Assembly (NCBI GenBank): GCA_000934665.2
Contig: KZ538741.1
Span: 1 to 61,556 of the forward strand
Reading direction: 5' to 3'
Length of the DNA stretch: 61,556 nucleotides
From: Catajapyx aquilonaris
Lineage: Eukaryota
Shown piece after piece: positions 1 to 13,348 of this stretch (position 1 is its first letter; each line of letters starts with the position of its first letter). Position numbers and translations under genes: made by a program. The notes beneath the pieces were generated by a model. That model worked only from the letters and a program-made list of their open reading frames with translations, ran no database searches and was not told where the DNA came from.

Positions 1-98
1 ATGTGCTCATCCTCCTCTTCTGTGTCAACAGAATTAGCCATGGGTGACCTGGAGAGGGCGTCGGGGGCTGCCATCTCCTTTCCGGGCTTGTAGATTAT
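1..98 (-). mobile_element. Ty3/Gypsy LTR-retrotransposon pol fragment (end of RNase H), running off the left edge
   Basis: Minus-strand translation IIYKPGKEMAAPDALSRSPMANSVDTEEEDEH matches the Gypsy RNase H C-terminal motif Y(K/R)PGKxxxxxDALSR. Confidence 0.72.
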
Positions 99-111
99 AC
101 TTGTAGATTAT

Positions 112-566
112 ACTTCGAGTTATGGAGAAATTCGAGTATAGAAATTCTAGTTAGGGAAGTTTATTTCCTATTATTTTACATTGTGACCAACCAAGCTCAT
201 CATTTTCTTCGACTTATAGAGAACTTCGACTTAGGGAAGTTCGACTTAAAGTTTTACTGTAATAGGAAATAAACTTCCCTAACTCGAATTTCTGTAACTC
301 GAAGTTCTCCATAACTCGAAGTGCAGGCAGGGCTATGTTCATAGCGGAAATTCTTTTACACCAAAACAACGAGGAACATTGTAAGTGTGATAGTGACAGT
401 TATTTTTAAGTTTTGAACCCCTTTCGTCGCTGGATAATATAAAGGCAGGCTTCCTTATAGAGTTGTGAGCTTTAAAAAAATTCCAAACTTCTCAAACTCG
501 AATCTTCTAGAACTCGAAGTTTTTCCCCGGTCCCATGGAAATTCGACTTAGAGAAGTTTTACTGTA
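112..566. mobile_element. Rearranged pogo/Tigger-like (Tc1/mariner superfamily) MITE
   Basis: Reiterated TTCGAG(T)TA/TTCGACTTA subterminal units; two ends reading TTTTACTG-TA (about 252-261 and 557-566); about 61-bp inverted arms at 112-172 and 261-322. Confidence 0.7.
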
Positions 567-1365
567 CTTGAAACATTTTCGAAGTTATGAACAAACAGTT
601 GTTGGTGATGTCATATTATAGGTCGTATTGTCAAATATACTTTTAAACTAATGAAAGCAGCTCCGAGACATGGGTCAACCATTGACCTTAAGTGCTTGTG
701 GGCCAAAAGGGGCCATTTACAATATTTTGAGAGTGAAAAATCTCAATTTCGGATCTAAACGAATGCGACCAATTAACCGAATCGTATTTACAGCGACTAT
801 TTTATAAAAAGTAACTGTAATATTATTTTGTAATAAGTAGCTTTAGTGGCGAAACATTACTAATCAGCAATCACCTACAGGCAGTTCAACTATTGGAACA
901 CACGGCATTTGTGAATAACTCTCTGTAAATGCTTCCAATGTGCTGGAACATTCGCGCTTCAAATCTTTCACGCACTTGTATCCTTTTATTTTTCAGGGCA
1001 ACAGCGCAGCGTCGCTGCCTTTTTGAGACTGAAATATTGATTGAGCCGAAATCACATTTTCATGAATATATCAGAGTTTTTATGATTCGAGCACGTGTGG
1101 CCCTCTTTCCTTAGATGATCCATACATGCGGAAAATGTTTACTTTTCTAAGGACATGATTTATTGGGTTCGATTTGGGGGGGGGGGGGGCAACCATGACA
1201 AGGCCATCATGAACATGTATAGAAAGATTGGTGAAAACAAGAGTTGTTTCTTCAGTTTGCCTCCTTTAGCAGGAGTGTCAATGAATGGTTTATTAGATGT
1301 AATAAGGCCTTCAGTAATAACGGATTTGTTGATATAAACACAGTTCAAAATATATTGGAATCGTT

Positions 1366-1590
1366 CCAGTATTAAAATTATTTCTTCTAACCAAAATACT
1401 GAGGATTATTCATATGAAACGTCTACATTTAATATTTTGGCAATTTTCATTATTGATAAGTGACAGTGTTACGCCATTTACAGCAGTTGCGTGTTAAATG
1501 CCAGTATTGAAATGATTTTTCTAACCAATAATAATAATAATCGTGACGATTCCTATAAAACGTTCACATTTAATATCTTAGCGATTTTTC
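1366..1590 (+). repeat. Diverged tandem duplication, about 135-bp period
   Basis: CCAGTATT.AAAT.ATTT...CTAACCAA...AAACGT..ACATTTAATAT.TT.GC.ATTTT occurs at 1366-1448 and 1501-1590. Confidence 0.75.
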
Positions 1591-1995
1591 TAACTGGTTT
1601 TCATTGCACGACGGTGTAATCTTCTCTGGGCCGGCAAGTAAAAGAAGTTTTTCCTGCATATTGGTGACAATATATTTTACAGATGAATAAAACCAGAAAT
1701 TTTGCACTGGTATAAATTTTGCATTGAAATCTGAACCTGCGACGTCTCCATTTTCAGATGTCTCCCCCCCCCTATCCCCCTTTCCCCTCCTCTTTATCCG
1801 GGGAGACGTGTGATACGGGGTAAGGGAAGCGAAGTTAAATGGCAGGTTTGGGCAAAAGGGGGAGGTAAGGGGAAGGGGGGGGGGCTAACCTATCGATTGG
1901 CATCGCCTTGGGGCGAAGGCGGGCAATAAATTTCTCATCTTGCCAGCCGACGGTATAACCCCCTCCCTTCTCTCTCTCTCTCCCCCCTTGATTCC

Positions 1996-1998
1996 CTC

Positions 1999-2074
<76 letters not shown>
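1996..2074. repeat. (CT)n microsatellite
   Basis: About 39 CT units with one interruption. Confidence 0.97.
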
Positions 2075-2078
<4 letters not shown>

Positions 2079-2286
2079 TCGCTTCTTCGGTTGGGCAATC
2101 GAGAAGAAGGGAGACGACGACGCATGCAGTCAAAGGCAGCATCTGGTTGCCTAGACCAAGATGGAGGGAGAGAGGGAGAGGCCTCCAGATGGTGGTTTCG
2201 GGAATGGGACAGGACGGTGGATGGGACAGGACAGCGCCAGCAGGAGATGCTGCTGACTCAGCTACACCATGCTGGATTCAAGGGGG

Positions 2287-2290
<4 letters not shown>

Positions 2291-2320
<30 letters not shown>
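2291..2320. repeat. (GA)15 microsatellite
   Basis: Read directly from the sequence. Confidence 0.97.
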
Positions 2321-2323
<3 letters not shown>

Positions 2324-5300
2324 TGGCGGACTTTTTGGGAGGGTGTGCTATATTATGCCAACTTGACGAATTTTTTAAAATGGGGCTTCATTGATATGGG
2401 TCAGTGTATCTGTTTCCTGGCGCAACCTCCATTTTCCCTGCGTTGCCATAAAACATTGTAATGATGTAGAATTGGCGTGGGTCTGTGACTCTGTCCGCAG
2501 TGAGTCATCCAGTAGTGTGCAGAGAGGGAGAGTGCGCCATCTATGAGCAAGACATGGTACTACGTACAAGGTTGAGGAGGGGGGAGAGTGTTGCCAAGTT
2601 TTTGGCAAAGGGTTCACTCTCGTGTTAACATAAAAAACAAGATATTAATAAAATGACAACATCGTCGGTTATTCATAATTTTGTACTGCACACAATCTCA
2701 GCTTTTTGCAAAAATTCAGCTGAGAAACTAAAATAAAATTGCGGGTAATAGCTCCCATGGATTTCGTGCGGTTTTCTATGCAGGTAAACACTGGCGAAGA
2801 GGATTAAAATGGCTGGGGCGTATTTTTTTCACATGCAGGCCGTGGGAACGTAAAATGTCAGGTGATATCGAAACTACAGAGTTAATTTTGCAGAGCGTTG
2901 GGAAAGGTTATGACATTGTGTGCTGGAACCTGGAGATCATGAAGTTTGGGGGAGGGGGTTTTCTGCTACGAAATGTTTGCATTACTTAAAACAAACAAGA
3001 GCCAATTCCTCATTTCCTCTCACCTTTGAATGAACTATATATGCCTAGAGTATATTTATCCACATCCAATGAAGTACAATCAGGGCATTTTTTTTTGTCC
3101 AAATTTCAATGTACCTAAATTTGAAAGTATGCAATTTTATGAGCCTTTGATGTTGAGTAATCGTAAAACTCCCTCACACAATGGATTTGAACCATCATCT
3201 TAAGAATGTTTTTGTAAAGTTTAACTGCTCATAGTATTATGCGCCATTACAGACACCAAGAAACTGCAGTATTATTCACCAAAATAATTTTACGGCCAAT
3301 GATGAGAGGCGGAAAGAAGCAATATTATCAAGCTTTTGTTCTTTAAAGGTTTTATGTACGTTGGCTTGCTTCAGAACTCGTGCGTAAAACCTGAGCATGC
3401 CTTAAATACAAGTGTGACTTTATTACTAATACAAGGCTCGAACTGGGATCAGATTACTACTGATATTTTACACAGGAAGCAAGTCTATGCAGGCCGTATA
3501 CGACTGGAAAACCTTTGTGTTATACTGCTGGACCTGCCTGTCATTATTAAATAAACTCCGACTGCAAGATGACTATTTTGTAAGTCACTACATCCTCGGT
3601 AGATTATCAGAAAACCACAAACGTTGAGAATATCCACCTACATATTAGCTAATGCGAGTATTTTGATAGCTCCAGTGAAAACAACTGCTGAAGAATAAGC
3701 AACTTATAATGTATAGCCTCACGAAAAAGAATGCAGAAATATACGGTAGTTGCAATTTTTAACAATTCTTGTTATTAACCACGTTTACACTAAATAGCAG
3801 CCGTGGAAAACTGCAACTTTCTCATGTGAACTTGCTTTTTAACAATATAAAGTGTGATCGGTTTTTTAGATGTAATTTTTCACTCTCACATTTCCCATGT
3901 ATATGATGGCCAACAGGTCGCAAATCGTCATATTTTTAAATATCCATTGGCCAGTAGGGTTGCTTGGCACACTTTCTGCCATTTACGTATAGACTACACA
4001 TTTTATTATGAAACAAACTTTATAACTTAAGTATAAATTATAAACAAACCTTGGTTCACAACATTTTAGTCTATTATAACCCACCCTGATGGAAAAGCAG
4101 GTCTTCCTCGCTGGAAAATTCCTGACAGCAACCAAACCGGTTTTTATTCCATTTTGACAATTGGCGCCTATCGCATATGGAGTGAGGCAGAACTCGATAA
4201 ATGATTTGGACTAAATTCGCGTATATTTTTGCACACCACCGGTGTATATACAAGGAACACCGTTGGTGCCACTTGGAAAATATCCCCAGCTGGAACCCGT
4301 TACACATTATACCGCCATGTTTGTTTATTGATCGTGCTATAGAATCCACTTGTTTATAGCCACCTTGGGAAGCTTCATAACTCGTCCAGATCTTCTCCCT
4401 ATAGCACGAGCACGATTTAAGCCCTCGTGAGCTTATATACTTTTTGGTGACTGCCTTGCTGATGGTTATCAAAAGCCATCAAACTTATCCATGCCTTTGT
4501 CAATGACAAAAGATCCGAGGTTGCACACCGCGTCATGTCAGAAGGTTTTCCTCGTGCTTAATTTGATGCCGAGAGATTATTACACGTGATTATGAGCCAG
4601 ATAATTTTATGCTTTTGGTCAATGGCTCCCGGAAGTGATTGCACGGGTCTAATGTGTAATGTGTGAAGGGCTGCACTGCGCACTGGAAGATTCAATGAAT
4701 AATTCTGATAGTATACGCCTATACCCTCAGTGTCAGTCACTTTAAAACCGATGTCATAAAATTGCACATTTTCTAGCTAAGAAAATAATGTTTGCAAACC
4801 GTGACTTCTGCCTCCATTTTGCAAAATTGGGGCAGACTTTTGTTCTCGTGTCCATTAATTATTAGTGATAGAGTAAATTGAACTCGAGGCTCTCACGACG
4901 ATGAGTTTCTCTGCTGCGTTTACATTTAGAGTATATATGTATATTTTGACCATCAGAGTGCAGTGGTGGCAAAATAGGGAGGTTAAGGAGACCCCCTTTT
5001 TTTGAGGCCGCAATGCGAGTGATTAGCGTCGCTCTTCTGTTTGTTTGCGTGTGTGGCTTTGTTTGATACCCTCTTTTGGGTCACGAATTTGGACCAGTAA
5101 CAAGCCAGTAGAGCCCTTGCGGCTTGCTGCTATGCAGCCGTGTACCTCATCTAATCTCTTATGTGTAAGTGCTGCTGGGAGTGTGCCGCTCTACTATATG
5201 CAGGGACGGAAACAACTTCATATCATCACTAACATGACACTGCCATCATCCTGTGTTTTACAAACAATTAATTTGCATCGATGCACATTCGTATATTAGG

Positions 5301-5772
5301 ATGTTTTGATAACTCCAAACGCAAATAATTTTTGGGTATACCGGTATGTTAGGAACAAGGTAATAAGTGACATGACCTATACAGTACGTCATACCATTAA
5401 ATTGAAAAAAAAATAATTAGCCTAACACTCGACTTACTCTTCATCATATATCGCCAGATATACTTTGTGATCACATTTGTGTGTGTTCAGCAGTGTTATA
5501 GCATGCAGCATCAGCAAAATCGTCCGGGCTGCTTTAAAAATACCTTTTTATAGCGCCCTGATGGCCCACTTCATTCATCTGTTCAAAATGGAATTTTCAT
5601 CAGCCGCCTAAAACATTGCAGGAATGTCAATCCAGCATGTGGTCGGGAGTTAGTTTGGTCTCTTGATAAATGGTAAAAGCCCCCCCGATAAAAGGTGCTG
5701 GTACAGGGGAAAATTCAACCCATATAGCCAGTGCGGCTCAGCAGTTCAAACCCGATTAACATAACTAGGATT

Positions 5773-6088
5773 TGCGTTATGTACATTATGTTTTTCAAAA
5801 AATTGCGTTATATGTTACTCCTCCGTATGTGAGGTATGTGCCATGACGTGATTCGCTTTTTTTTAATGCGTTATTTTTATTATGTGACCGTTATCGTCGC
5901 ATTGGTATGCGTTATTTTTTTATTGCTATCGGCCTGTGGTATTTCATGTCGCATTGTTGCCTTTTTATTGTAAATTTATTGCGGAGTTGACGCAATGTGG
6001 ATCGGCATTGTTAAGCGTTATTTTTTATTGCAAATTTATTGCAATATTATCGGTTGTGACGTAATCCACATTGTTATTTTTTATGCGA
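5773..6088. repeat. Degenerate minisatellite-like region
   Basis: Recurrent GCGTTAT(TTTTTATTG) and GCATTG units at irregular spacing. Confidence 0.5.
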
Positions 6089-9000
6089 ATGATCTCGGGT
6101 ACACTGAAGTATCTGCACCACACATGTACACACCCACACATGCCTCTGATGCACACACACACACACACAGGGGCGCGGGGCCCAGCTGACAGGCACGGTA
6201 ATTAATTTAGTGGCTGGGTGCTGGGTGGCCGTGTCTGTTCTGTTGGCGTGCATGCATGGGATGCTGCGTAAACCCCATGCCCTTTCGCAATTGCAACAAC
6301 ATGCACCGGCAGCAAGGGTTGGGGAGGGCGGCATGACTGGGAGGGTTGGGTTGGAAACTTCGGGAGGGGGGGGGGGAGGGAGAGAGAGAGAGGGGGGGGT
6401 GTTGTCCGTGTCAACATCCCTCTGATGTTGATTGTGTTTACGGATTGGCTATTTATGGGAGCTATAGGTCAGCCCTGTATTATTGGCAAAAAGGGGCTGG
6501 ATGGGCGAGAGGGGGGACAGGGGGGGTCTTGTGTATTGGAATGGGTTCGATCGGTCACACATCGAGGACACACCCATGTTCTGCATGTCAGGACCGATAT
6601 TACAGTACCTGTTCGATGTGTGGGCAAATTGGGCTTTTATTAACAGCTGTCAATAAGAACTGCTAGGCATAATAATTATTGTCAGCTGCAGGAAGTGTGG
6701 AGGATTGGTCCGATGATTTGGAGACCTGTGCTGTGCTGCAGCAGGCGCTGGGGTTTGCATGGGGTGGGAAAGATAACGGCAAATAAGCCCTGCAGATAAG
6801 GCCATTAGATAGGAAGGAACAAGCATGAAGCCATAAATGTGCCACAAATCCCTCCCAAAAAGTCTTTATAGGCACTGTTAGAGAGAAAGGGGTTTTATGA
6901 CAGCCAATCCGATGATGATGACTGCATCATCCCGAGGAAGGAAAGATGATTTGCATGCCTACCCCAGCAAGTCTGCTTCTTCCTCCTCCTCCTCGTGAAC
7001 AGACTAGTGATAAGGTGACCTTGATTAGTACTAATTGCGCGACACATGTCTGTGCACCAGAGGCTAGTTTCACTTAATTTGTTAACGACTCGTTTATCGT
7101 CGTGCATCGGATCAAATTGTACCGGTTTTAATGCATACAATGTAGGTGTTCCGGATCCACAGACAATTCAATTCAATTTGCTTAATGGACAGCAATTTCT
7201 TCTTTTGTTTTTTTGGGGGGAAAAACTGGGCCGTATAGGTGCGTTGTTTAAAATGCAGCTTGTATGTTTCTTTGTATGTACGGCTGGGAAACAGACTTTC
7301 CCCCGTGAGTCTAAAGCGTTTCGTGTATATATAGTAAGTGCAGAGAAACAGGAGTGGAGCAGGTGGCTGCAAATTAGCTCCGGCAACCTTAGAAATGCTT
7401 TGAGGTTCCGGTGGTTGGCCCCCGGGGAAAGAGCAGCAGCAGCCAGCATAAGCAGTCGGACAAACAGCTGTGTCTGAACTAAGGCAACGCAAGTTGCATT
7501 TGACGTTGGGGGGCCTTGCACACAGCAGCAGAAGAGACACGCAGGCCGTGTTTTGGGGTCGGCCACTGGGCTCAACTTCGACCGAGGCCCAGGCCACACT
7601 CGCTAATGGACGCACCCAAAAATGCTGCTAGCACAGTTTGTTTCCAAAGCCTCCAACTTGGACATTTTCGCCCAGAGATGTCTGCGGTACATATAGGAAA
7701 GGCGATGGGACTATAACCGGGATTATGCCATAAATCCATTCTATAAAGATCAGGCTGGTCTTCCTTTTTTTCGCTACAGATTATAATATTAGTATCTGTT
7801 AGGTTTAAAAAAAACTGCTATGTAGACGATTGAGTATGACTATAAATTACTGAAAATGTAGAGTGGAAATGCCAAGCTGTGCCAGGAAATTAGAAATTGA
7901 GATTTGCAAAACGCTCTATGTGCCCTGCCTATAGTCCCGTGAAGGAGGCTCAAAGTGCCAAAATTTTCATATGTGGCACTGAAGGTATCCAACAGATGAC
8001 TCCGGCTATGTGCCATGTGCGCATGGTTTTCTCATTTCTATATAATTATAAAGCAGAAAGTTTGTCTGTATGTCCGGGCTACCTAACCTACTTTCAGACT
8101 ACCGATATCTTATACGTGCCACTGATTCAATGAAAAGTCGGAAAACTGCACTTGTTTGAAATGAACTAAATTATCTCATTTCAAGATTATTATTTTTTGC
8201 ATTTAGAGCCCAGTTTGGAATTTCCACTAAAATGTTGCTGGCACGTATCATTTTTCTAACTTTCGGCATCAATGGCTATCGAACATTCTACAGAGGCCTC
8301 TCCCCCCAACTCTTCCGATTACATCTTCTCTCCAGCATCAGTGAATAATGTTGAAAGCCTGGTATTATATAGTCAACGCGTGGTGTTGATGGCCTCGAAA
8401 GGTCCGCCAGCTTATCTTCTGGAACCAGAAACATCTTTACGGTCACAAGTCAAGTCTGGCACCGCGGTCTTCGCATCTTGAAGGGCGATAATATATCCTG
8501 TATTTTTTTGTAACTCCTTGTTTTTGGCAGCCGGCCATGGATAATCGGATTCTTCCTGGGTGCAAAAGGATTTACGGAATTGAATTATTTTTATATCCAA
8601 ATCAGTCCAACATTGTATACGGTGATGACGCTAATCGACAACTGTTTCTATAGAATAATGATAAGCGAAATTAGTGCAGATTGCAGTAATATGTAAAATT
8701 GCGTTCATTTAAATATTAAATGCCATTCGTTGCGTAGTTGATTTTAAGCAATAAGATACGTAACACCTGGATTTACATGCCCAAAATAAATTGTGGCGCT
8801 TTTGTTGCGCGCTGAAATTTTAAATGCGGCACTGTAATTGATATACGTGCGAATTCAATTTGCTTCGCTCATGAATATAGTCGTGTTGTGCTAATAGTAC
8901 ATGCGTTTATAATATTGAGCTATTGCATTGTTTCGCTGAGACTGATTATTATAGTTTATCTATCTCCTCAATCTATCACTGCCACTATTGTAAAAATCGC

Positions 9001-12000
9001 GACGCTAACAAGAATAGGATGTACGTATATATGACACGTCCATTCAATAGTCTGTATTCTTAGCAGTTTTCAAGACTATATTATCTGCGAGTAATATTTG
9101 GCTGATTTCAAACATCCCTCTAAGCTCAGAATTGGAACTAATTACCGAACAATTAGCTTCAAATGTCAATTGCAGGCTACCCTCCTGAAGGAACATGCAA
9201 GCTATATAGTCTTTTACAACCTCGCAAAGTAAATAAACTAGAGAAAAATAAAGTGAACAAAAAATGGTCATTTCCTCAGTTTTAAAAAAAGAGGCCTAAC
9301 ATGTTTCCTGTGAAATGTGTTAAGTTTAAGGATTTTTTTACGACACATTTTGTGCGTAATATAGAAGAGGAAAAAAACACAGATTTCTGAAGGACCCTCA
9401 TCGGGGGTTGTGTGCTTGAACCCTGAAGCCAGCCCCCATTCACGTGCCTCTGATTGCTCCAAAGTCGTTATTGTCTGTCTGCACTGTGAGGTCGTTGGTC
9501 CAACAAGGTGTTTATTTTTTCGGTCAACTTATACCGTACACAAGACATAAGAATCCAGAGTCTGTGCACCCAGCAGAGTTATGGAAATGGTTATGTGAGG
9601 GCTGTGTTGTGGTTCGGCTTTGGGAATAAGGAAGGGTCCCTGAAGATAGTTTACACTTCGGAGATAAGCGGGGGTCTCTGGGGCCACCAGGCCGAGGGCA
9701 CAAATTTTGGGGGTCTCCCCCCCAACTAATTTTTTTTTACACAGATGATGTCCCACGAGCCACGCGCTCTTTTCTCCGACACCATTTTGCCATTAGAGCC
9801 AGCCCGCACGCCGATAACCTGCGACCCGGGTTGACCTCTCGACCCCACAGCAGACCTAGCGTACCTTCACCCAGGGCTCGGTGCTAAAACTTTTTAAATG
9901 ATGAAAATGGAAGTCAGGTTTGTGTTAGCCAGGCAAAAAGGTCCAACACTTGCCGAGAAGTTTCAGAGTGCGTGCGAAATGCTGTGTTGAACGATGCCAA
10001 CAAGTGAACTAAAAAAAAATTATTCAATAATAATAATTAAGGCCTGGTAATCTCGAATTTTTAATTTTCACAATAAGCAATTTTCCTAAATTCGCACCGA
10101 TACAACCGGCCCTATAAGTTTACAGATTTCGACGACTTTAAAATATTCCAATTTGATCCCTGTCTCCTTATATAAGTGTCGCAATATTAATTAGCACGTA
10201 TCTAAGTGACACTGAGATAACTTGCATTGTAACACAGTGCCGAGCCACATCTATCTGCATCTTAATTATGCTAACGGAGTTTAATAAAGTGTAAAATGTT
10301 GTCATAGTCAAGACGTATCGCAGTGCATTCAAATCCAGATTCAAAATGTGGCACAACGGCCGCCGCCCCCCCGTAATTATGGGGAGGTTAATTAAACTAG
10401 GGGGGGTTGTCCCAAGAGAGCACAATCAAGCCATAACTTGGGCCAGCTTAATTTGTGTATGTTTGTGACCCATAGGTGCGTGATGTGCCGCACAAATGAC
10501 ACGTTGACTTTCTCTCGGATTTTAATATGGGCACATCTTGCCCGCCACTTTGTAACGCAATCCGTGCTGGTTCATACAATGTACATCAGGCTATAGATGA
10601 TGGATTTATATCGGGTCAAAGGTCTCGCGTGAAGGGTATACGCCGTACTATAGGTTTTTTCCGCAGAGAAATAGAACATTACATCCGGATTGACACATTT
10701 TAATTAATCTTTAATTAAAACACTTGCGATGTCAATGAGTCAGGGTTAAGTACATGATGGATGCCAGCCGTAAATATTGCACAGTACAACGTGACACTTT
10801 TACAACCAGTTGTATAAATCACACCTGCTGAAGTACAATAAGATTAGAAAAATGTATGGTATGACTATGCGACATTATGTTGCTGTGTGTTGTGGCCGCG
10901 ATGGTAGCACAATGATCATGTTTTACATTACCAATATTGTTGTGAGAACTGCCCTTATAGAGTGAGTATACCCTTATTGGGCTCATGGTGCAGAACATCA
11001 CCACATGCCACTCACTCATAATCATGCAGCAGATAAGTAGCGTTGTACTTATATTCACAAAGATAATTATTATCAGTTGCTTATTGAGTCTACATTATAC
11101 GAGGCGCATTGAGCTAAACTAAATCGGTGTGAAGGAAATCACAATGAATAGAGAGCTCAGCTTATGTCAGGAAAATGTACATCTGTAGGCCTATAATTTT
11201 ATACACTATAACTGTAAGCAATATGAGTTACGTGGAAATGAGAGTACTGAGTAGACGGACAGTGCAATATTACATATAAATTCTTGAGGACTTTCATGCA
11301 GCAATTGCATAACTCCTCGCTGTAGTATAAGTGCTGTATACAGGCTGTATAACATGATGGCCTATGCTTAATAATGCTCCGCACCAAGACTGCATGGTTA
11401 TAGTAGAACTTATTGCGTTTGTAAATATTAGCCTGAACAATCCGAAAGTTTTTATACTGGCGTTTATCGTATAAACCAGCACAGCATAAAAACTTGTGGA
11501 TTCCTCGGCAGATTTCACTGAAGTTCACGTTTTCTGATGACAGTTATGTGCAGCGTATAGCATGCATAATTTATACCTTGACTGTATGTGCAAAACGTTG
11601 CCCTGATTTCATAATGCCTTAATTCTATGCTGCATCAGGCCTGTGTATAATCATGTCACTCATAGGTTGTGCATAATACGGGGGAAAATGACACAAAAGC
11701 TGCACATGTAATGATTTTTCCCCTATTGGATTCCTTTTCAAGTTTCCGAGTGTATTATAGAGTTGTAGCTTACTACAGTGTCATTGTAATGAAGGCTATA
11801 CAGCTCATTAATAAAAATGAAAATGTAACTCTAACTCTAATTGCTGTAATATCAATAACTTAGTGACATATTGACTCTATTGCTGGTGATCATAAATGCT
11901 GAAGTAAAAATATCGTCAGCATAAATGTCATAATAAACATGAAGTACTTTTAATTCATTACCAGTACGTTTATATATATTTTATTATTAACTTAAATGTC

Positions 12001-13348
12001 AACTTTTACTTCAAATGCAAGATGTTATTATAATACACATTAGACGTATAGAGTCTATACATGTACATTGTACAGTATAATAGATTGTCGGTTGAACAGT
12101 ACAATAACATGTAATAATTGAAACTTTTAATGCAGACAATTGATTTTTATTAATAGTTATTGCATATTGGTTAATAGATTTTCTGTTGAAGTATGACGCA
12201 CCTCAAAGCAACACATGAATAAGCGCCAATCAGCCTCCATATTTGAGAATCTGGATGGGAAAAGGGCGTAAGTGCGTAACACATGGATAAATAGCCTAAC
12301 AGCTGGTGAAAAGAAAATAATATTGTTACATGCAGTTTAGTTCATATCCAGGATCTGAGATTTTTTTAAATGAATAGGCATATTCTACGTGCATGTTTTA
12401 ATCCATTCATTTACATATGTTTTCACAGCTGAAGCTGCAATGCCGTGCAGGCCTATTGAGCAGATAGGATGAACCGGGTAGATAAAAAATGGAATAAAAA
12501 ATTAAGTCCCGCATAGGTCATTGGGCAATCTTCCAACCCAGTTCCCAAATCTAAGACTAAGAACTATTACATTTAGAAATAATTACCCACATTATGCCTG
12601 GCACAGGCTGGCAGCCATGGAAGCTTTGCGAATATTTCCTTGTTATTGTTTTCACAGTGTATATATACGAGTAAAATTGCATTTTTGTGCGATACCAGAG
12701 AATACGTGTATATATTATATTTCAAAGGGCAATTTTAAACCATTAACAATGTTCTACTTGTATTAATTTCATCTATCGAAATGGATAAAAAGCAGACAGC
12801 GTGTTCCGCAAAACATACACACTCAAGGTGATGCAGCACTGCCCAAAACCCAGTTCAGTAAGTCAATAAGTTAGTAATGAATGGTATACATTCCAGCTAA
12901 CAGTTTAAGGCCACGTTCACTTGTCGTCTTGCAACTTGGGCAGTGTAATAGTACTGAAATACTTGCATATGGCATGTACACAAGTATAGAGTGAAACCTA
13001 TGGATCCAGAGATAAAAAATTGCTAATTTAGTTCAGTTACCCCTGCGCTATTGTTGGTGCAGACAATGGAAACCTATATGTAAGGCAAAAATTCTTCGCA
13101 AATAAGCCACTCTTCTACAGGCAGGTTTCACCCGCGACTCCTTACATGCAAGTACGGTAATTATTTTTCAATAAGGGATCATTATTAGAGCCTACACTGT
13201 AAGATGTGATTGAACTACAAAGTATGCATCGCCTGTTCTCGCCGGTTATGTTACACCACTCAAGTTCCGCATTTTTCTAACAATCGAGGCCCCTCCCTAT
13301 CAAATCACAGGATATAGTACATACAACAATGCAAGACTATAGACTCAC

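Noticed and set aside
1835..2461. ORFs with ERERER/SLSLSL runs (also at 27920-28462, 31063-31538 and 37184-37608)
   Set aside because: They are translations of GA/CT microsatellites and N gaps, with no domain content or splice structure.
4074..4472. 132-aa - strand ORF
   Set aside because: Non-ATG start, no recognisable motif in the frames I translated, and no convincing splice sites; BLASTx would settle it.
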